A stretch of DNA of 64,000 nucleotides from Antedon mediterranea (GCF_964355755.1 NC_092670.1:34894388-34958387), one strand, 5' to 3'; counted from the stretch's first letter, positions 12,801 through 27,800 are shown. Notes: generated by a model from the sequence alone, not told the origin. Numbers and translations are program-made.

Positions 12801-15800
12801 CCTAGCGGTTAAGACAGTGGAACCGTAATTACGTAGCCATAACATCGGCAGGCGTTCGAGGCTCACTCACTTCATGGTTCTGGTGGTAGAACAAGTCGGA
12901 TGGATAAGGACTATAAACAGTAGGTCCAGTGTACACATCTAGCTCGTAAGAACCTAGTACATCTTTCGTAGTAGGGGGTATTACATCACAGCCACCGATA
13001 ATAGCTGGGCCCTTTGGGAGACAAGTCCTTGACTGAAGAGGTCGCTTAGTATAAATAAAATATTTCATAATTCAAGCAGAAGCGTTCAAATCAAATTCGT
13101 CCAGATTTCATACGTAAAGTAAAATCACATTGACCAAACTCCTTTTGTCTGGCCACCAGACCTTGAATCCCTTTTAAAACAAATTGAACGTACGTGAACA
13201 ACTTGGTATTGGGTTATTCCATCTTCCATCTTCGCATACTATCGTTTCACTTCCATCTAATGTAAAATCCGTTGAACAATCGAACCTAACTTTGCCGCCG
13301 TGTGTAAAGTCAACAGTCGTCTGCCGTCCATCTAATGGAGTACCAGGATCCTCACAATTTCCTATTGAGAAAAAAAAAGAAAATAAATTCAGTCATAACG
13401 TGAAAAATAGCATGGAAATAATGACGGCCATTTTTGTAGTCACCATTGTTCTAGTCCTTTAATGGAGTGTTCAATTATGTTTTATTTTCATTAGTCGTTA
13501 GATTAGACTAGATTGAATTAATTAGCTTTGGCTATCAATGATGTTAATCTAAATATGTGTAAAGTATAATATTATTTAGTAAGTAACAAAAATAATAGTA
13601 GGGATCTTACTATAACAGGTTGGCGCTTCAGAGGCATATATTCCTTCTAAACAAGTAATTGCCTTTGGCCCAACCATTGAGTAGTTGTCATTACATGAAA
13701 AATAGACATTCGATTTGTGTGTAAAGTCGCCAGACACCTTTCCATTTTCCAGAGTCAGTTTCTTACAAGATTCTAGAAGGAATTAACATGAATATGTGAA
13801 TTGATATTATTATATTATTATTATCTCCTTTAATTACAGAGCTTCTAATGAAAACAACATCTTTCAATGGAATATGATTTGTTTAAAGATGTATTGTTCC
13901 CAAAAACATGACAATTAAAGATGACTAAATATCCGAACTTTGGCAATTTTGTAAACTTTTTGCTGACTGAAGACATTTACAGTAAATACAAAAAGAAAAG
14001 AAATATATACCAATTGATTAGCCAGATGGGCTTCCTGCTTACTATTTTTCTTATGATTTTAGCAAGAAAAAAATTTTTCCGTTCAATTTTTGTTGTCAAA
14101 GCTAGTGAATAATTTAAAAAAATATTTTTATATTAATGTTTATTCTTATCTTTTACTTTAATTTATCTTTAATAAAACGCACAAGAGCCAGATACTACTC
14201 TTTCCCCGTTGCTGCTACAATAAACACAACTAATGTTTCGGTGGAAGACTTGGTATGGTTAGCTTATTTATCTGTGCTTGCAGACACACATTGAAAGGTA
14301 AAAAAGAATGTGTTTAAAGAGATGTTTAATTAATTCAAACACTGAACTTAATTAAACAACGTTTGAAATTAGTGCACATTTAAAACTTGGAAGAAGAAAT
14401 CAAGTGATGCTAAAGTGAAATGTGAAAGAAAGTATGTGACCAAACATCAAAGACCAATACTAAGTAAAAGTAATATATCACTAATTATCTTTATGAAAAC
14501 GATGAAACAGCACAATCGTGTTACTATAAAATGTGTTTCTATTTTCCCCCTAAATTGATGTAAGAAAAGAGTTTTGCATACAATGCTATGTTTACAAGGG
14601 GTATTTACAGTAAACAGTACTATACGTAAAAAAACAAACATACTTAGGCCTACATTAAAAATAAAGATACGGTACTATGTTGACAATTGAATGTAGGCCT
14701 ACTGTACTAAAATCCCATGCTAAAATGAATATCGTATACAGTAATACAAAATCTAGCACACACGTACGCCCACAAATACTCCACACATCTTTAAAACTTA
14801 ATACAACCAACCAACAAACAAACAAACCACCAAACATAAAATCGTGCGGCATAAACAAATGAAATGTAAATGTTTATCACTAATATGAAAAAAACAGTGA
14901 TACAAAAATTACGTTAAAAACGACGTCAGAAACCAAGTGCACACAAAACAGTGACGGATACGCTTGAACACTTACCATAGCGTAACATAGATCTCTTAGC
15001 ACTCTCTTCAGAAAACAAAGAATGATACGAATACAAATATAATGAAAACAAAAAGGTGTGTAACTTTATTGATTTAATTATTATGATTGGTTAGAATTGT
15101 TAATATTACATATATTAATGTTTTTTAATTAAGGGCATTTCGTTCAAAATAATGACATGTAAAAACAATGCTGAACTAACTCAATGTTGTATTTATTGCA
15201 TTGTTGAAATGTTTTAGTGTGCGCGGACCAGACGAGCCCCATTTCATCCGTCCATGCTTTGTTATGCTCCACACTCTTGTAGACCTAGTTATAGGCTTTG
15301 AAATTCTCCTCTATACTAAGAAGATTTCTCATCATCTTAATGTATCCGTTCATTAAATATTCAAAAGTAAAAAGAAATACAATTTACCCATGCATTGTGG
15401 AAAAGGATCACTATAAGCACCATCTTGACAACGAATTTGAACAGGGCCTTCAAGCGTGTAGTCGTTATCACACGCAAAAGTTAGAAACTCGTTATGTACT
15501 GGTTGACCTGTCACAATACCATTAGGAAAGTCCGTAATCTCTACACAGTTTGCTGTCAAAATTATAAAATAAAAATATAGGTTGGTGCGTCAGTATAAAT
15601 ATCCATAATATTATACAGTAATGTTATTAATTAATAATTGTAAAGTTTGCTAGACTATATGCTTTAGTGTAGACCAGTTGAAAAACTTTTGGCAAACTGC
15701 AGAAAACAAGTGTGCAAATTTGAAGTTTTGTAAAGTTTGCTAAACTATAGACTATGCTTAAGTGTATACCAGTGGACAAACTGCAGAAAACAAGTTTCCA

Positions 15801-18800
15801 AAAAAGTCTACAGGCCTTATATATTGAAGTTTGACAAAGGTAGAGACAGCTTTTCCCAATAACTGATCTTCTACCAATTAAGCTAGAGATAGATTTCAGT
15901 TGAAATGTTTGGTTAAAAATGTAAAGTTTATTCGTTTGGGAATGAAAGATTTACAATAATAAGGTTGGTGAATAAAGGAAAAAAAACCAATACGACTGAT
16001 AAATCTTCAACAGGAGGATTTTTCATTCATTCATTCATTCATTCATTCATTCATTCATTCATTCATTGTAGGATCCCTACTTAGTCTGGGTTCCAGATAG
16101 AGTTTTGTCTTAATATTAGTAAAAAGATAAATATTTTGGCACATATGGCGTTTCATACGTATACTACTAGGTTTTCGTGTATTTCAGACAAAAATCGCGG
16201 TCGAAATAAAAACAGACTTGGGGCAAGTCTAATCCCTACTTTGTTTAGAACACCTACCATTACATTCAGGATCAGAGCCAGTGTAGTCCCCATCAGAGCA
16301 GTTACGTTGAGCGTCACCAGTCAACGAATGACCATTCGAGCACGTGTATGTAATAACACTACCGTGTGTGTACTCGCCAGTATATGTACCGTGTTCAATA
16401 TCTGCTGGTGGCTGACAATCCTCTAAAAGATATCAATAAATGTAATCTTCTCAATATACCAAATGTAAGCTTCCCAATATACCAAATGTATATCTTACAC
16501 TAAGCCTAATTAATATAGTATTCACATACATAATTATGCACATATCGTTTTAATTACAAAATCAAAAAATACAATATCTATTTATTCAGTTTTGTCTATC
16601 CATTAAGATACAGAACATTTCTATCTGATGAGCCCATTATCTAGCGTAGAAAAAAATATTCGAATATGCAAATTAGAAGTTTAAATACAATTTCACAATG
16701 TAAACCTACCTTTGCACACAGGTTGGTCATCTTGGTATTCTCCGTTCAGACATACTGTCATATTGACCCCTACTAACGTAAAGCCCGGAGTACATGAAAA
16801 TTGGGTAATACCACCATGTGCACGACTGCCCCCAAGCTGACCATTAAAGTTCCTTTGACGTGGGCATTTCTCTGAAGTTGGAAGTGAATGAATATGAAAA
16901 CAGTTATATATAAAGGCTAAACTTCAAACCTTTTAAAATTCTTTTTATCAATATAGATATAATTCATTAGTAAAATATTTAGACGACACGTGTAACATAA
17001 CATAATTCACAAAGTATTGAACAATTGTTGTAGGCAAACTTGTTTTTTGTTTCAAAATACAGATGGGGTGTAACATATAAACAATGTCTTAAACGGCGCC
17101 CCGTACAGATCCGCAGATTTTCTTAAGCTTGGTTCTCACTATTCAATTCAATTCAATTCAAATAAACATTTATTTCTTTCATTCATATTTGAGTAAAAAC
17201 ATTATAATTTCTGATATTTTATATATAAATATTTTGGTTTTTTTTTAGATATAATACAGTAAATCATAATGTATAAAAAGATGATTCAGTTATATACAAA
17301 ATGAAAGTGGCAAAAAAACCCAAGAAAGTATCGATCAATTGGAAACAAAAATCCAATTGAAACTTGTATGTTGGGAAGCCATGTAAGAAGATTATATACT
17401 TATATATATAAATGTAAACATATAACTACACATACACATATAGATCAACAGACACACACACACACACCCACCAACTAGAATGCAACGTAAGGACGTAAGC
17501 CGCAATGCAAAGATTTGACCAATCACAAGCAACAGTTATATAATCCTTGCGTTGCGGCTTACGTTTTTACGTTGCATCCTAGTGGGAACCAAGCTTTATA
17601 ATGATATAGTCTGAAATAAAAACAGATCGTGGTATGGAGGTTCCAATATGTGTGTAAAGATTACTTAAAACGGGTTTGTGTTTGTCGATATGAATATGTT
17701 GTTTCTATATTGGTGACCGAATGGATTTAAATATCAGAACATTTAAAAAAAAACCGTATACATACTTCTACACACTGGGGCTTCATGATTGTACTGGCCG
17801 TCTATACAATATGTCTTCTTATCACCGTCTATACTGTAGTCCTTATTGCACTCAAATATTGTTAGTCCCCCGTGGGTGGTGTTTGATTCTCGTATAAGCC
17901 CGTTGGCAGGTGGTATAGCTTCCGGGCAGTCACCTAAAATGTTTAAAATGTTGGTTGGTTATTATAACTTACTAGCACACTTTGGTGGTTCTTATGACTT
18001 ACTAGCACACTTGGGTGGTTCTTATGACTTACTAGCACACTTGGGTGGTTCTTATGACTTACTAGAACACTTAGATGGTTCTTATGACTTACTAGCACAC
18101 TTGGGTGGTTCTTATGACTTACTAGCACACTTGGGTGGTTCCTATGACTTACTAGCACACTTAGGTGGTTCTTATGACTTACTAGAACACTTAGATGGTT
18201 CTTATGACTTACTAGCACACTTGGGTGGTTCTTATGACTTACTAGCACACTTGGGTGGTTCCTATGACTTACTAGCACACTTAGGTGGTTCTTATGACTT
18301 ACTAGCACACTTGGGTGGTTCTTATGACTTACTAGCACACTTTGGTGGTTCTTATGACTTACTAGCACACTTGGGTGGTTCTTATGACTTACTAGCACAC
18401 TTGGGTGGTTCCTATGACTTACTAGCACACTTAGGTGGTTCTTATGACTTACTAGCACACTTGGGTGGTTCTTATGACTTACTAGCACACTTGGGTGGTT
18501 CCTATGACTTACTAGCACACTTAGGTGGTTCTTATGACTTACTAGCACACTTAGGTGGTTCTTATGACTTACTAGCACACTTAGGTGGTTCTTATGACTT
18601 ACTAGCACACTTAGGTGGTTCTTATGACTTACTAGCACACTTAGGTGGTTCTTATGACTTACTAGCACACTTGGGTGGTTCTTATGACTTACTAGCACAC
18701 TTAGGTGGTTCTTATGACTTACTAGCACACTTAGGTGGTTCTTATGACTTACTAGCACACTTAGGTGGTTCTTATGACTTACTAGCACACTTGAGTGGTT

Positions 18801-21800
18801 CTTATGACTTACTAGGACACTTAGGTGGTTCTTATGACTTACTAGCACACTTAGGTGGTTCTTATGACTTACTAGCACACTTGGGTGGTTCTTATGACTT
18901 ACTAGCACACTTTGGTGGTTCTTATGACTTACTAGCACACTTGGGTGGTTCTTATGACTTACTAGCACACTTGAGTGGTTCTTATGACTTACTAGGACAC
19001 TTAGGTGGTTCTTATGACTTACTAGGACACTTAGGTGGTTCTTATGACTTACTAGCACACTTGGGTGGTTCCTATGACTTACTAGCACACTTGGGTGGTT
19101 CTTATGACTTACTAGCACACTTAGGTGGTTCTTATGACTTACCAGCATACTTGGTGGTTCTTATGACTTACCAGCACACTTGATGGTTCTTATGACTTAC
19201 TAGCACACTTGGGTGGTTCATATGACTTACTAGCACACTTGGGTGATTCCTATGACTTACTAGCACACTTAGGTGGTTCTTATAACTTACAAGCACACTT
19301 GGTGGTTCTTATGACTTACCAGCACACTTGGGTGGTTCTTTGTCATACGCTCCATCGTTGCATCTGAGTTCATTTCCACCAACCAATGTGAACCCCTTCA
19401 AGCATTGAAATGTTGTTACTCCGCCATTCACGTTATTTGAAAACAAAATAGTTCCATTGGAGGGTGCACTAAGTTCGTCACAGTTGGCTAATAGTAGATA
19501 AATTTTTTTAAAGAATATCTATACTGAAACAATATTTGAATGTGGAATACCTCAATTAGTTTGTTTACTTGTTTTATCTGGCTTTTTTTCACCACCTTTT
19601 TATTCATGATTTTGTTTGTGTGCTTATAATATATACTGTATATTTGTAATTTTTTTAATATTATAAGCAATTGTGTCTTTTATAAGTTTTCACAAGCGCA
19701 TAATAAAGAAATTTTGAAATCACAAATTGACCTGAAAAATGGAATATGATGGAAACGTAATTTGTCATAATCACATACCTCGACAAAATGGAGTTTGATC
19801 TGCAAGCTGCCCATTTTCACATGTTGTTGAGGAAACGCCATCCAGGGTAAAACCGAAATCACAGGAAAATGTAACCTGCCGTCCATGAGTATAATCACCC
19901 GTTACGGAGCCGTTAGGAAGAGAAACAGAACTGCACAACTCTAAAGAGGGTATCATAACAAATAAGCAATAATCAAATTGAAATTTGGTGGCCGTATACA
20001 CTATAATAGCGGAGTCGTCGTAAAACAGATTTTTAAAAATACTTTATTCAGGATGGTTAAAGCCTATTTCCCACGAATCGAAAGCGTCACCTTATACGCA
20101 TGCGTAGAGAGGGATTTGGAAGATGGTAACATGAATACGCATGTGTATTAAGCTGACGCTTTGGTTTCGATTCGCCTAGTGGAAAATCGGCTTTATGTAA
20201 TATTTTCATCGACGTAATCATCGAAATTGAACCTACTGCGGCAAGTAGGTAGAGAAGCTTGTGAACTTCCATCTACGCATGTTGTCCGGGGAACTCCATC
20301 AATTTCGTAACCTGAATCACAACTAAACACCATCTGTCCGCCGTGTGTGAGATCTCCAGTTACATCACCATTGCTGATGGTAATGGAGCTACAGGAAGCT
20401 GGAATAAGAAAAAAAATGTAAATCCAAGTACTTTAAAAGTTTTAAGAGCAGACCTGCCAACTTTCCCGAGTTTTCTATTAAAAATGTCAGTAGCGCCCTC
20501 TATGGTTTTGCATATATAACTATAGCGCCCTCTATAGTTTGGACATGATAATAATAAACCCACCTGATAATTTGGTTAATTTTTTGGTTGGGAGTTAGCG
20601 GTATTCAGATACAGACTGGTGTACTATTCCAACACCTTCTGTAGATAAATGGCAGACTATAGGCCTACATAACGAACCATCAAGATTCGCACCTGAAAAA
20701 GCTGATAGTTGCTGTGCTGTATATAGACTTAAGTAACTTGCTGTCTATTCGTGGTATTAATCAAACTCACCATGGCAGGTAGGTAACGGATCCCGTAAGC
20801 TGCCATCTCTACACGTTGTAACAGCAACCCCGGTACGTTTATAGTCTGCAGTACAACTGAAGAAAATGTTGCCGCCGTGGGTGAAATCACCTGTCACACG
20901 GCCATTTTGAAGGTTTACTGAGTTGCAAGAAGCTAAAACAAGAACCAGAGTACAATTACAAAAGGCATCGACCATTTGCTAAATTGATGTGAGATAATGA
21001 CATTATAACCACAACTGAGTCACATTTTAAAATTTTGATAACACCTTCTTGGGAATTTGATAGGTACGGTAGTAATGACTGCACACAAAGACTATGGAGG
21101 CAAAAGCTGGCTGTATTTTCGGAGGAATTATTCTTCCTAAGGTGAACAATTTGATCCAAGTCAGAAGAATTTAGTTACGTTACTGGGGTTTGAGACCCAT
21201 GGAACCGAGTCTTTCTGCAGAGTCTGCAATAAGTAAGAACTGTGTATGGGGCGCCGTTTGGGTATTAATTTTATAATTGAAATGAATTTCTAACTCACCA
21301 TGACATGTTGGTAACTCATCTCTAAGTTTTCCGTCGACACACGTTGTTACAGCCACACCTTCGAGTTTGTAATCGGTAACACAGTTAAAGTAAATATCTC
21401 CACCATGTGAAAAGGTTCCCTTCACAATGCCATTTTCGAGATAAATTGAGTTGCAGGGAGCTGCAGAATCAAATGATGATAATCAACGTATTGTTTTTTG
21501 TTTCTTAGATTGTTGGTGGCCTAATGGAACAACTGATATACAATAACAACTATGGAATATAAATTATTATTTCTAAAAGTCTTTAATAAATTAACCATTC
21601 GCTTTACAGCGATCGTACTGCCGCACTGATTATAAACGTGGTTGCAAAATGCTTATGTACAATACCTTTACATATATTCAGGCTGGACGTAAATTGACCG
21701 TCCATACATCGTATCTTTCTACTACCAACAAGTGTGTATTCAAGATCGCACGTGACTCTAATTGATCCGCCATGAATCAGAGAACCGGTATACGTTCCAT

Positions 21801-24800
21801 AGGGAATGGATGTTGATGTATCACAATTTTCTATAATTAAAAATATTAGCTACAGTTGGTAAAACAATATTACTTTATTTCTTCTGTAGGACATAAGTTA
21901 ACGGTCACAATACACGTAATCAACTTCAACTTATATTCTCAACATCCTTCCGGTTTACGGACGCAGTTTGGTATATAAGTTGATATAAATAACATAACAT
22001 AAATCTAAAATGGTATGGTATAATAATAAGTCAAAAAATATTAGTAAAACAAGTAGAAACTGCAAAGTATACAAGTGACTGCTGTAAGCAGAATCTATAG
22101 CACGTAGTTTTGATGACGCAGCCACCTTCCTCTAAAAACACAAACCGAATGTCGCAGAGAGCGAAATACGTAACGTTGTCTAGGCCGTCTTAAGCCAATG
22201 TTTTGTAGTCAAACAATGAACTTTCTGATCAAGAAATAAAGCGTGACGGGTTAAATTGGTGAGCAGAATATGAATAAATGTTATGCAGCTAGAAAAAGTA
22301 TTCTCTTACTGTACCTCGACATACAGGTTCAGTTCCCTGGAAGTTACCGTTAATACATGTTGCTGTATTACCACCAACTAGTGTGTACCCTTCGTTACAT
22401 GTGTAAGTTATCTGCCCACCGTGGACAAGGTCACCAGACACGTCACCAGACACGTCACCGTTAAGAGGACGGCCAGGGAAGATACAATCAGCTGCAAATG
22501 AATTGGAACATGAACAACTACAGATATATTTATTTATTATTTAAATATGATATTTGTTAACGTATTTTATACAACAGGCGCCGATTAGATTTGTGTTCAT
22601 TAATTAAAGTGTTATTTAGGTGGAAAAAAGGAAAAAGTACGAAATGGACAAACAACAACACGTTCTTTAGATCTACTCATTGTTAGGCCTACATATTGTG
22701 GCTCAGAGAGTGTACTGCAACAAAGTATTTCACTTAGATAATCAAACAATGTTCTCAAGTTCAGCTATCTGATAGAACTCCTCTTAAATCCAGTCGGTAA
22801 ACTACTAGGCCCTATATGAATATGTTACACGCATGATAATAAATATTCAAACATACCTTTACATAGGTCTAAACTGCTATTCAATCTACCAGCAATGCAC
22901 GCGATAATGCCGTCACCGACCAGCGAATATCCAGCATAACATTTTATGGATATCGTACTACCATTTTCAAAGGACCCATCGTAATAGCCGTTATTTGGTT
23001 TGTCTGCTTCATTACATAGAGCTGTCAAGAAAAGTTATTTAAATTGAACTACAGTGGCCACGTGGTAGAAATCGACCAATCGAATCCCCTTGATGACAAA
23101 GGTAAATCTACCTTGAGTGATTTGATTGAAGTTGGCTTCAATTTACGATTACGATTAGATATAAATCACGAGGAATGAAACAAAACAATAACAATACAAA
23201 TGATTATGTCGGGGATTATGTTAATAAATAAACTATACCTTACCCTGTTTTTTCACTGCAGCATTTAACAAATAATACACAATTTAATTATCAACAATTC
23301 ATAACTATTATATATATCATAGACCAACAACGTTAAAATTGAATGTTTTCAGCAAGCGAGAAGTTCATAATGATACTAGGAAAAAATAGGAAACGTGTAT
23401 ACACAACACCAAGGGTATTTATACTTACAGCGGCAGATCGGTGGAGAATTTTGATATTTCCCGTCAGCGCATACCGTACTATTCACACCATCAATCGTAT
23501 ATCCTGGGAAACAGGTATACGTCACCGTGCCTCCGTGATAAGAATCACCCGTAGCGATGCCGTTGTTAGGCGGTACCGGCTCAGGACAATTTGCTAGAGA
23601 CAAATATAAATACATTGCTCAAGTATTACTACTATACTAAAACAAAGAAATATACCGAACTTACCCTGTTAATTACCACTAAAGTTTTGCTTAAGGCGTA
23701 TTTTCTCCAATGAAACATTTAGACAGTGACGTATTCATGATTTTGAAATAAGGGCCCAGGGCCAAAAATGGTAAAATGAAATGCATTTTCGAAAATATAT
23801 TAAGTCTATCTTTCCCATTGTATTTGGTGGGGTGGAGGCTCATTCAAATCCGCCTATGGTTTATGTCGAAAAGTATCAAATAGTCAAGTTTTGCGAAATC
23901 CTTAAATGGTCGTACCTCTACAAGTTGGCTTTGGGTCTTTGTATTTTCCATCAACACATCTGGTTTTGTTTACGCCTTCCAAAGTGTATCCCGCAAGGCA
24001 GTAAAATACAGTTTCTTGGCCGTGTGTAGTTCCTGGGATAATTTGTCCCTGTTGCAACGGTTTCATTGGAATGCAGTCCGCTGTAAACATAAACAAATTT
24101 AATTAATAATTGTTGTATGTTCAAGTAAATAATGCGATATTTTCCTGTGCAGCAGCCATTTTGTGGAACACACTACCACGAAAACGTCAACACCTTCAAA
24201 ATACGACTGAAAACCAACTTGTCACAGAAGCATTTCCTGTTTAACTTTGTCAAGGGCCGTTGAACACATTATTTTATGGATACCGGCACTATAATAAGTC
24301 TGATTGATTGATTGATTGAGAATTTTATTTTATAATGATATAATTATGTTAGGTTAGTGTGCAAGTTACAATTACCTTTGCATTCTGGAATTGACGAAGT
24401 GTAAATACCACCATCAGTACATGTTATATTTCCAGCGCCGATCAGAGTATGCCCTTTGTCGCATGTGAACTGATAACTTTGTCCGGAATTAGAACTTTCG
24501 GTTACTTGACCATTCGAGATCGAATCAATTCGTGCGCACTTTGCTGTAAAAAAGCACTTTAACTTTAACTTAAAATCTATCTTTACTTCCATCACATAAA
24601 CAAATAAAACAATATTTTTAGCAAGTGGATTGTGTATTGCCGAACAGATCATTGTTTAGTGTGATCACAAATAAACCCACAGACCATCCCTGAAGGAAAC
24701 AAGTTGTGGAGTTAAAATATGACGATAAAACAGGAAGAGTTTGAAATTTAGATGTAAAAAATAGGACAGGTAAAATGAACTAAAGCAAAGATAACTTGGA

Positions 24801-27800
24801 ATTTATGACAATGACAACTTCTTTTATTTTCTTTGTAAATAAAGTAGATAAGTAAACGACAAAATTAACATTTATAATTACAAAATTGATTAGTAGGGAT
24901 TAGTAAAAGGATGGTGGAAGGTTCACAGATAATATAAAGGTATGACAATCGAACAAGAGGAAGAAAATGAAGTGAAACATAGGATATTTGCAGATAAAAC
25001 GTAAAAGCAGTAATCTCTTGTAAAAAGAAGAAATATACATTAAAGATGAATTGTCTCCCAAAACATGAAAATAAAGATTAATTAAACCAGGCTTTTAATA
25101 GGTTATTTTGTAGTTTTCAATTCAATTTTTAGGCAAAGTGAATAACTATTATGTGACATTAGGATGGAATATTCAACAAAAACAAATTAACAAATTATTT
25201 TTTTTCAGGGGGACAATATATCTTTAAGTCCACACGAACATACCTTTACAACTTGGAATAACTGACGAGTAATCGCCATTAATGCACTTAATCTTTGATG
25301 CACCGACAAGACTATATCCAGTGTTGCAAGAGAAGAAAATCTCCTCTCCATGAGTAGACTGGCCATTGAAGGCACCATTTTCAAATCGTGTTATGTCATT
25401 ACAATTTTCTGCAAAAAAAGATATTGCTGGTTGTTTTTTCTTCAAAAGATAGTAAGTTAATTAGAAATATCCATGTTCATATAAAGTTTAGGGTAAGGGA
25501 ATAGCGGCAAGAAACGGTAACGGGTAAGATATCATGTGCGTGACAAAGGATACCAAAACTGAGACCACACTACAATGAAACCACATTAGATTTTAATGAC
25601 ATGCTTTTTAAAGTGAAAGAAAGTAGAAAATAATAACACAATTAATCTCCTCAAAAATTTGAAATTTATGATAAAATTTTCGAAAATGACAATTGCTTTT
25701 AACATCGTCAGTGATACCACAAACGCACTTTAATGCGCATGCTCAAACTGTGATCATGGTGCGCGTGCGTACGCATTGTATTTTTTCATTACGTCACTTT
25801 ATCTCTTCATTACGTCACGGATGAAATAGAAATATCCTTACCATAACACTTTGGTGGTTTAATTCTTTTTCCAAGTTTGCATTTGACTTCGGCATTACCC
25901 TTCATCGTGTAACCACTTTTACAGAAGAAGACAAGCCTTGTGCCTACTGGAACCGTGTCTCCTGGGTACCTGCCTCTAGCCACGACATTGTTTAGATCAG
26001 TTGGAATTGTACAATTTCCCTTTCTTTTGCCTGCGAGAAGAGAAAATAAAAAAATGACGAGGCTTTAGCCAAAGAAATTGACAACAATGGGTACGTAGCT
26101 TTGGAAAATATGTTGACTATTGTCCACGGGCACCAAATGTTGAATTTACGAAAGTTTCGAACAAAAGCTAGGCCATAACAATTCAAAACTGACTGTGTCA
26201 CCAAGGTTTGTGATACAAAAAAAATTATAATATTGAACAGAAAAGGTCTTGTGCAGCTCCATGTGTACTGATCAAGTTATATACTTACAATCGACTTTCT
26301 TAAGTCCAGGATTAGAACAAGCCTTGATCAACAAGTGACATTCACTTTTGTAGCGCTTACCATCTGAGCCACATACTCGACCGGTTAGTAACAGGCACTT
26401 ACTGCATTTGTACGGTCGACGTATGTCACAACTAAATGCTACAAAATAAAGAAAATAACCGTGTACGTCAACAATAGCCTTTTTCTAAAGATATATAAAT
26501 TGCATTTTAAAGTTTTAAAAATCAATTTGCAAGTTCAATTGAGCATAAAATAGACGTTTATAACAATGTAATCTTACTAGATATTATGTACACTGTCAGT
26601 TATCTTTTAAATCTTACAGATTATGAAAAGTACTGTACACTCGGGAAGAAGTTCTTTCTCACGAGTTAAAATTAAAAGTAAAGTACACCTTATATAAGGT
26701 TATGGGAATTTTGTTTTGAGAGAATACCAATTACAGTAATTGAATTTGGACTCTGAAGTAGGAATATTGTCTGTATATTACACTGACTGTTTGTATGTTG
26801 CAGTTACTTAGTGATAACCGTAAAAAGAAGAGAACATTACATGCATTTCGCTATTAGGCATAATGAATAATACTAGATGTTTAATCATCTTGAACCTACA
26901 GCACTGACATATAAATGTATTCTGTCGCATTAATGTTTCAGGATAATCAACATCTGACGTGTGATTAAATTTACTATGGTTATCAAAGTACATTTTGCGA
27001 CAGAAAGTATTCTCCACAAATGAGGAGAGTTTGAACCTAAAGACATGCAGAAAAGGTAAGCTAGAATTATATTTTACAGCCTAATAAATACGGTACCGAT
27101 ACACATCTGTGACTTAATGTAATTACAGAACAGATCGATTGGAACGTGAATAGTATAATTGTGATTATTTCGAGTGTTTTCATGTAGGCAACATAAAATA
27201 CAACCCTGAGGGGCTAGCGGTGTGTTTTAGTGGAATAAGTGTTTGGATTTCCCTAAGCTAAGGAAATTAGTTTGCAAAGGTAGGGAGCTTTATTTAAAAC
27301 CATTTGCATAGTTTACATCATGCTTTTCCTCCTAATATACAAGTACAACTTTAATCACTTCAATACAACTGTAATCACATTTGCATATACTCATTTGCAT
27401 ATCATTCCATTACATTCCACGCAATGTCAATCAAACTTTATTTCCATCATAATCGCAAAAAAAAACAACCAAATACAATTATGGACATACAACAAAGGCA
27501 AGACCTGGAAAACGCTGTACATCTTTACAAAAATATAAAGAACAAAAATGACACAATAAAATTGCAAAATAATCAAGTGATATTACAAAGCAATACTATT
27601 ATATTATTATACTGCCATAAATCATACTTAGCCAATTAATCGGATACGAGATCTGTGATTTAAAATGATTAACACTAGATTTGTTTTTATATTGATTGGC
27701 AAACTATTCCAATGTTTGGGTCTTGTTAGGAATACAGATTGAATTTTAATATTTAGTCGATAGTTGTTTTTATTTCTAGTATGTGAATGTAAATTTGATT

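Noticed and set aside
12790-12870. tRNA gene
   Set aside because: A and B boxes are present but there is no clean cloverleaf; it continues into a SINE body duplicated at 11415.
17846-19183. 445-aa (+) LLAHLGGSYD and 401-aa (-) SVLVSHKNH repeat ORFs
   Set aside because: By-products of a 30-bp (multiple of 3) minisatellite whose unit derives from the CCP13 exon/donor junction; no independent gene signals.
17950-19340. CRISPR-like appearance of the 30-bp and 31-bp arrays
   Set aside because: Head-to-tail units with no unique spacers, no cas genes, eukaryotic intronic context.
1-26030. Functional link between Trp-less CCP modules and the neighbouring Trp-catabolic ACMSD gene
   Set aside because: No mechanism; adjacency is most simply coincidental.
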